Assembly (NCBI RefSeq): GCF_964355755.1
Contig: NC_092674.1
Span: 30,070,001 to 30,134,000, forward strand
Origin: Antedon mediterranea
Taxonomy: Eukaryota; Animalia; Echinodermata
DNA length: 64,000 nucleotides
Reading direction: 5' to 3'
In this document: positions 58,672 through 64,000 of the stretch, piece after piece
Layout: each line of letters begins with the position of its first letter
How positions within the stretch are numbered: the stretch's first letter is position 1
Notes under the pieces: generated by a model
Database searches by the model: none
What the model saw: the letters and a program-made list of their open reading frames with translations, nothing else
What the model was told of the DNA's origin: nothing
Made by a program: the position numbers and the translations under genes

Positions 58672-61600
58672 ACACTACAAAGTCTTGAAATAGTTTAGGA
58701 CAACAGGTGTACAGAAAATTGGAATTAACTACTGTTGTGACGTCTTTACAAACCACACACTTCCTATTTATAAACGACGACAACATCAAGTGTTGTAATT
58801 TAAAATTTCATTAAAATTAATAACATCTACTATATTAAGATAAATATAGGTTTTCTGAAATCAAAGAAAACTTAAGTTGTATTATAGGTAAATATGTTAC
58901 AGTAAAATCCCTCTTTTGCAACACATAATTGGATATTTTTCTGTTAAACTGACGTATCTGCTTTGTTTGAAATTAATCAAACAAAGTGGATTCTACATAG
59001 ACACAGTAGCAAAGAAATGAAATATAATATTAAATTCTACTTTTTGTAATACATTCCATAGACAACGTTGTCTTGAGCACGGTTTAAATCTCCAGGGTTC
59101 AAAATGTAAAAACGCAAAACAGGAAGGAATTATTATAAGTACGCGTGGCTGCTGCCGCCGATGCTTTCTTGCAACTTGGACATTGAATTAGAAACAAGCA
59201 ATAAATATTTTTCGTTTTTATTTCATTTATCGGTTTATTAAAATTAACAGAAAATCCAAACTAATTGAACAAGAATAACAATTCTAAATGATGTAAAACA
59301 ATAAAATGTTTTAGAAGTAAAGTGTTTAAGCCATTTAGCGAGTTAAACTCAACATGTAAGCAAAACATTTCAAACCAAAGTTGCTTTTGGCAACTGTTCA
59401 TTGTACTAATTACTTACTACTAAAAAAACTTCAAATTCTAAGTAAATACTCATAACCAATATTTAGACGGTATTGAATAACATAAACCAGTTAGTAATGA
59501 CCTTGAAATTCATTAATATGCTCGTAGAAAAGTTAAAATGTATTCGGCCTTCGTAAAACTACTGTCCAAGTAGTTCCTTCCTTACATTTGATAAACTTCT
59601 AGATAGTTTGGAGACATAACTACACACTAGTAAAACAAACATAACATAATACTTGAAACAAAGTGTGGCGAATTACTTTGTCTTTGTTTGCCACTGTTCT
59701 TAGAACTATCCAGAAAACATAAAACTTTTATAATATATTTCATATTTTTAAAATATTACTGCATAATTTAGGTTAAACAATACAATATTTCTTATTTAGA
59801 TTTTTGTTCCACTTTTATATAACATATATCATAATTTGTTAAAAATGTCAATGTACTTTAATTTAAGTTTTATTTATTTTTTCCATTCTCCTTTTTCACA
59901 TGACAGGTTACACATGTATTCCTTTCATACCGAGAAAAAGGAAAAAAAAGTTATTACAGCTTAAGTACATAGCAGTTCACATGTTCTCTTTTAACCCTGT
60001 CTTAAAGTACATGAACCCTGTTAAATGCGAACCCACTCCTTCCCATGTTGATGTAAAAACGCCCCTGCAGAATTTGTTTTATATAAAGGAAGTACATGTT
60101 TTTCAATAAGAGGGTGTTTTCTAGCACAGCCCAACAAAACATTTGGCTAATACAATATGGTGAGTGGCTGAACACAACGTTATTCCAAGTATCCTGTTTA
60201 TTCAAATACTTTACTTAAATAATTCTTATAACTTCCCACCGCCTTCCAATTGATTTTCCTTTTGGCCAATAATTGATCATCGCTTTGTCTTAACAATAGC
60301 AATCTAACCACAAAATATTTACTTGGTACAAGTGGCAGAAACAAGTGTGCCCTATTTAACGGTCTCACCTTAGCCAATATTTAAGAATTTAAACATGTTG
60401 ATGCACTTTACTCGCATAGATGAACTAATATTGTACTGTATATTGCTTTTTATATAAGAGTAAAATTGTGAAATATTTTTCATTAATACAGCTTAAATTA
60501 GTAGAAAAGTGAATTTTATATATACAGTATATATATATTTTCTTTTGTCAAATACATTCAAGTTATAGTGCATGACAAAGTTTTATCTGTTATAAATTTA
60601 AAATATACAATTTTTTTAAATTTACCTCTAAATTTAATTTCTTTATAAAGTTTGTTATATAATTTTAAAATAATTGTTTTTGAAAAAAACTATGAAAATT
60701 ATATAAGAAACAAATTCCGACATAGGCTTCTTTGACTCTTCATAGAAGACAACCTACACATTAATTAGCAATACTTTAAGTAATTAACGGATATCACGCC
60801 CCCACAAGGCAATGACCATCAACGGATGTTTCCTTTCTCTTGCGTACCATTAATTGTTTTTACAATACAGTCAACTCTCCCAATACCAGACACCCTACAT
60901 TAGCTGTCAGGGTAGGGGAATTAACCATGGTATCATGTAAAGTGTCAAAATCATTTTTATTCATGACTTCAAACAAAGAATACAATGTAATTTGTGCAAT
61001 TCTGAACAGTTTTAAAATGGATACTATAAAAAGTTAGGCATTATAGTATATGCTATTTTAGATATAATTTTGTTATGAATATTATATTTGTAAGTACTTA
61101 CTAATAATACTTGGTTGTAAACAAATTATTATTATTATTTTTGTTTTAATATTTTTAGACATTTCTCTTTTTAGACCAGTTTATTACACATACAAAAAAA
61201 ATTAACATAGTCTAGTTTGGAATCAAAATTAAATCTTTTCTTTCTTATTATTAGGGACTGAATATAATAATGATCTTAACACACCCAACTGACTTAAAAT
61301 TAAAGTTTTAAAAGATTGTACAAACAACTCATTCAATACTAAATATTATATTTATAAAAGATTTGTTTTGTAAAAAGCTAGAACTATCGTCATAGCATTT
61401 AGTCAGTGAACAGGAAAAGGGCAATTTAGCATTCTACGTGGAACGATTGTTCCACTGCAAAGACTGGCTGCAAATGGACAATTTTAATTGGTTACTCATC
61501 AGGTGATATCAAGGGGTATAGGTCAGGGGTCGTCTTAAGATTCTGCAGGGTCCCATCTTTACTCCGCAGGGAATTGAGTATTGAGATAATGGTCTCAGAT

Positions 61601-64000
61601 CTAACCAGGGTTAGCTAGTGGTTAAACACTTCCCTGGATAATTTTGTTTAGAATGGAAAATACAACGCTTTATGTTTAATATCTCATGACAGCTGGCATG
61701 CTAAAAACAATGTTTAAAAGTAAATCTTATTATTGTTTTATACTATTACAAAAAAAGATTATTATGTATTTACAATTATCTTCTTTCTTCAGTAGTAGAC
61801 CCACCATTAACTTCTTATATTATAATCTACAAAACTTATATTAAAATATCTATCCATTATGAATTTATATTAATATCTTTTGGCATGGAAGAAAAGTAAC
61901 TTTCTAACCTAGATGAATTGAAAGATTAAATAAAGGTAATCATGTTGAAACTGTATATTATTATTCAAATAGTACATTGAACTACATACCAAAATAAAAC
62001 ATGACTTTCATTTAGGAAAGACTAAAACAAGCCACAAAAAAAAGAAAGAATCATGTGAGACTCTTGCACACATACTAAAATCTGAGCCGTAACAGATACT
62101 TAAAAGGTACCAATTACTCCGAATATCATGTTTAAGTTAAATCCACATAGAGAAATAAAAATTTGAGTTGCTTCAATCTAACCAGGTCATTGTCATGGGA
62201 AGTCTATTACTAAATTCTAGATTAAACCATTTAAAATACAGCAATTAAAATCTATATTTAAACATAAGAGATGACGCTTTCTTAATTTTGTTTATTAGCA
62301 TTTAAGCATTCATTTGTATAGACAATATGTCTGGATATCAAAATAGTAGCTTTTTAACTTGTTTGACTTGGTGCAGGCTGGGGAATGCGAAGGAAGTAAG
62401 TCTATACTTAAACAAAGCATTTCTATAGATAGGGCCTACAAATAGTCATCTAAGTCAATAAATAATATATTCATTTTTATTGGACTAGTTGTCAATATAT
62501 GAAGTTTTTGTATTTTATATATTGGAGACAGTTCTTGACGACACATTTTTGCAATGTAGTAAAACAATAATATTTGTCAATAGGAGATTACCAAATCTTG
62601 GACACGCGTGGGAAAACTTTGAGAAGGATTTGACATCGTGCGGCAAGTGTGAGCGGAAAGATGTCATTCACAAACAAACGGCCTCACATGACCTGAAAAA
62701 ACCTTGATTATTGGTCGCCGCTTCGGTTTACACTCCATACAAAAAACTCTCATTCATAATTTTGAAGGAAATGCCATCTCTACTCTACACACACTTAATG
62801 CATTCTACATGTGTATACAGCAAGTCTAAAGATGTTCTTACAGATAAGATAGTAAGTAGTAGATACTATGCGACAACATTTACGATTTCAATACCTGATC
62901 TTTCGCATGATCATCCCTTGTCCTTAGTAAGCTCATCATTTTCTTAATAGAACCTTTATCGTCAGTGACCTTATAAAAATGATACAATATGAACCCAAAC
63001 AAAATCGTCTTTTGGAATATTAACATTTAATTGCTTTGTCAATATAAACTTTTAACACTTTCTCAACATCATCAGTTTTTCTAATTACTTTACAAAACAC
63101 ATATATAAAAGGTAATTAATTTTAAAATCCTATTTCTAGTGTCAGAATGCATGGTGAAGTTGGCAACAACTACATACTAGTAAGTTTTTCAAATCTTTTG
63201 TAAAATTTTTAAAACTTTATTTGTTTGTGTTTTCATTATAAACGCCAGTGAACCATATGCAGGATTTTCTTCTTTTTTGTTTGTTTTAGCATAATTAAAT
63301 AATTAAGTGTGAGAAACACTATTGTTAAATTAACCTAAAATGTAACACAAATACATATGTGTTTATTCAATCACCTTCATCAACAAATGCAAAGGAACTA
63401 CAAATCAGACCTTGAATTCAATTAAGCAAAACCAAAGATGTAACTTAAATAGGGTGTTTGGTTTACTTTACTGTACTCAACAGGTGTATAGCTCAAATCC
63501 TGGTTACTAAATCAATTGTTGACCTTCTTAGTCTCAATCTTCCTCGTTATTTTTAAACAAAGGCAAAAACAATAAAGATTATCCTTCATTGTATTTATTC
63601 AATACTTTGATCAATAATACTAATTATGTAATATTAGAATTTTTTTAAATGTCAATATTAATCAATCATATTTATTATTATCTTTTTTTTAGCTGTAAAA
63701 ATGACATTATTATTATACAGTAATTCAGTATCATTAGATTTATATTTTTAATTTTTTAAATGTCATAAACAAATATGTCATAACTTGTTTATATGACATT
63801 TAAACAAGTTATGTATTTTCTTTAGGAACAATTGTTGAAGGTTACAGGAAGGGGCCAACATCTGACCTTTGTTATCAATTGAAGTTCAAACATTGAATTG
63901 TTCACCCACAGGTAAACACGTCACAAATTGAATCTAATTACATTTAAATTTTCCAACAAGAGTTTAACATGTGGTATGTATAAGTACATATCTTAAAGCA

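Overview
AT-rich, intron-rich animal genomic DNA. The VEGFR architecture, late-type H1 and repeat content suggest a marine invertebrate deuterostome, probably an echinoderm (inference). There are four recognisable protein-coding genes. (1) A ~24-exon, minus-strand secreted GH31 alpha-glucosidase (sucrase-isomaltase/MGAM/GAA-like, 22494->4389) with five N-terminal trefoil (P-type) domains. (2) A solitary, intronless, replication-dependent-type histone H1 gene (9477->8866) nested on the same strand in the glucosidase intron just before the catalytic WIDMNE exon. (3) RPS3 (23087->24769, + strand), head-to-head with the glucosidase. (4) A minus-strand VEGFR-family receptor tyrosine kinase (>=54410->30086) with at least 8 Ig domains; its signal-peptide exon was not identified. 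The introns hold a decayed AcademX-type DNA transposon (~600-bp TIRs, 3-bp TSD, XPG-like nuclease remnant) and two PIF/Harbinger-like MITE families. They also hold Kolobok-, Crypton-, hAT- and P-like non-autonomous elements and several minisatellites; the long ORFs at 43.8-46.2 kb are repeat artefacts. The most interesting leads are the nested H1, the penta-trefoil glucosidase, and cryptic or alternative splice features of the VEGFR gene. All calls are by eye, and exon borders are approximate where marked ~.
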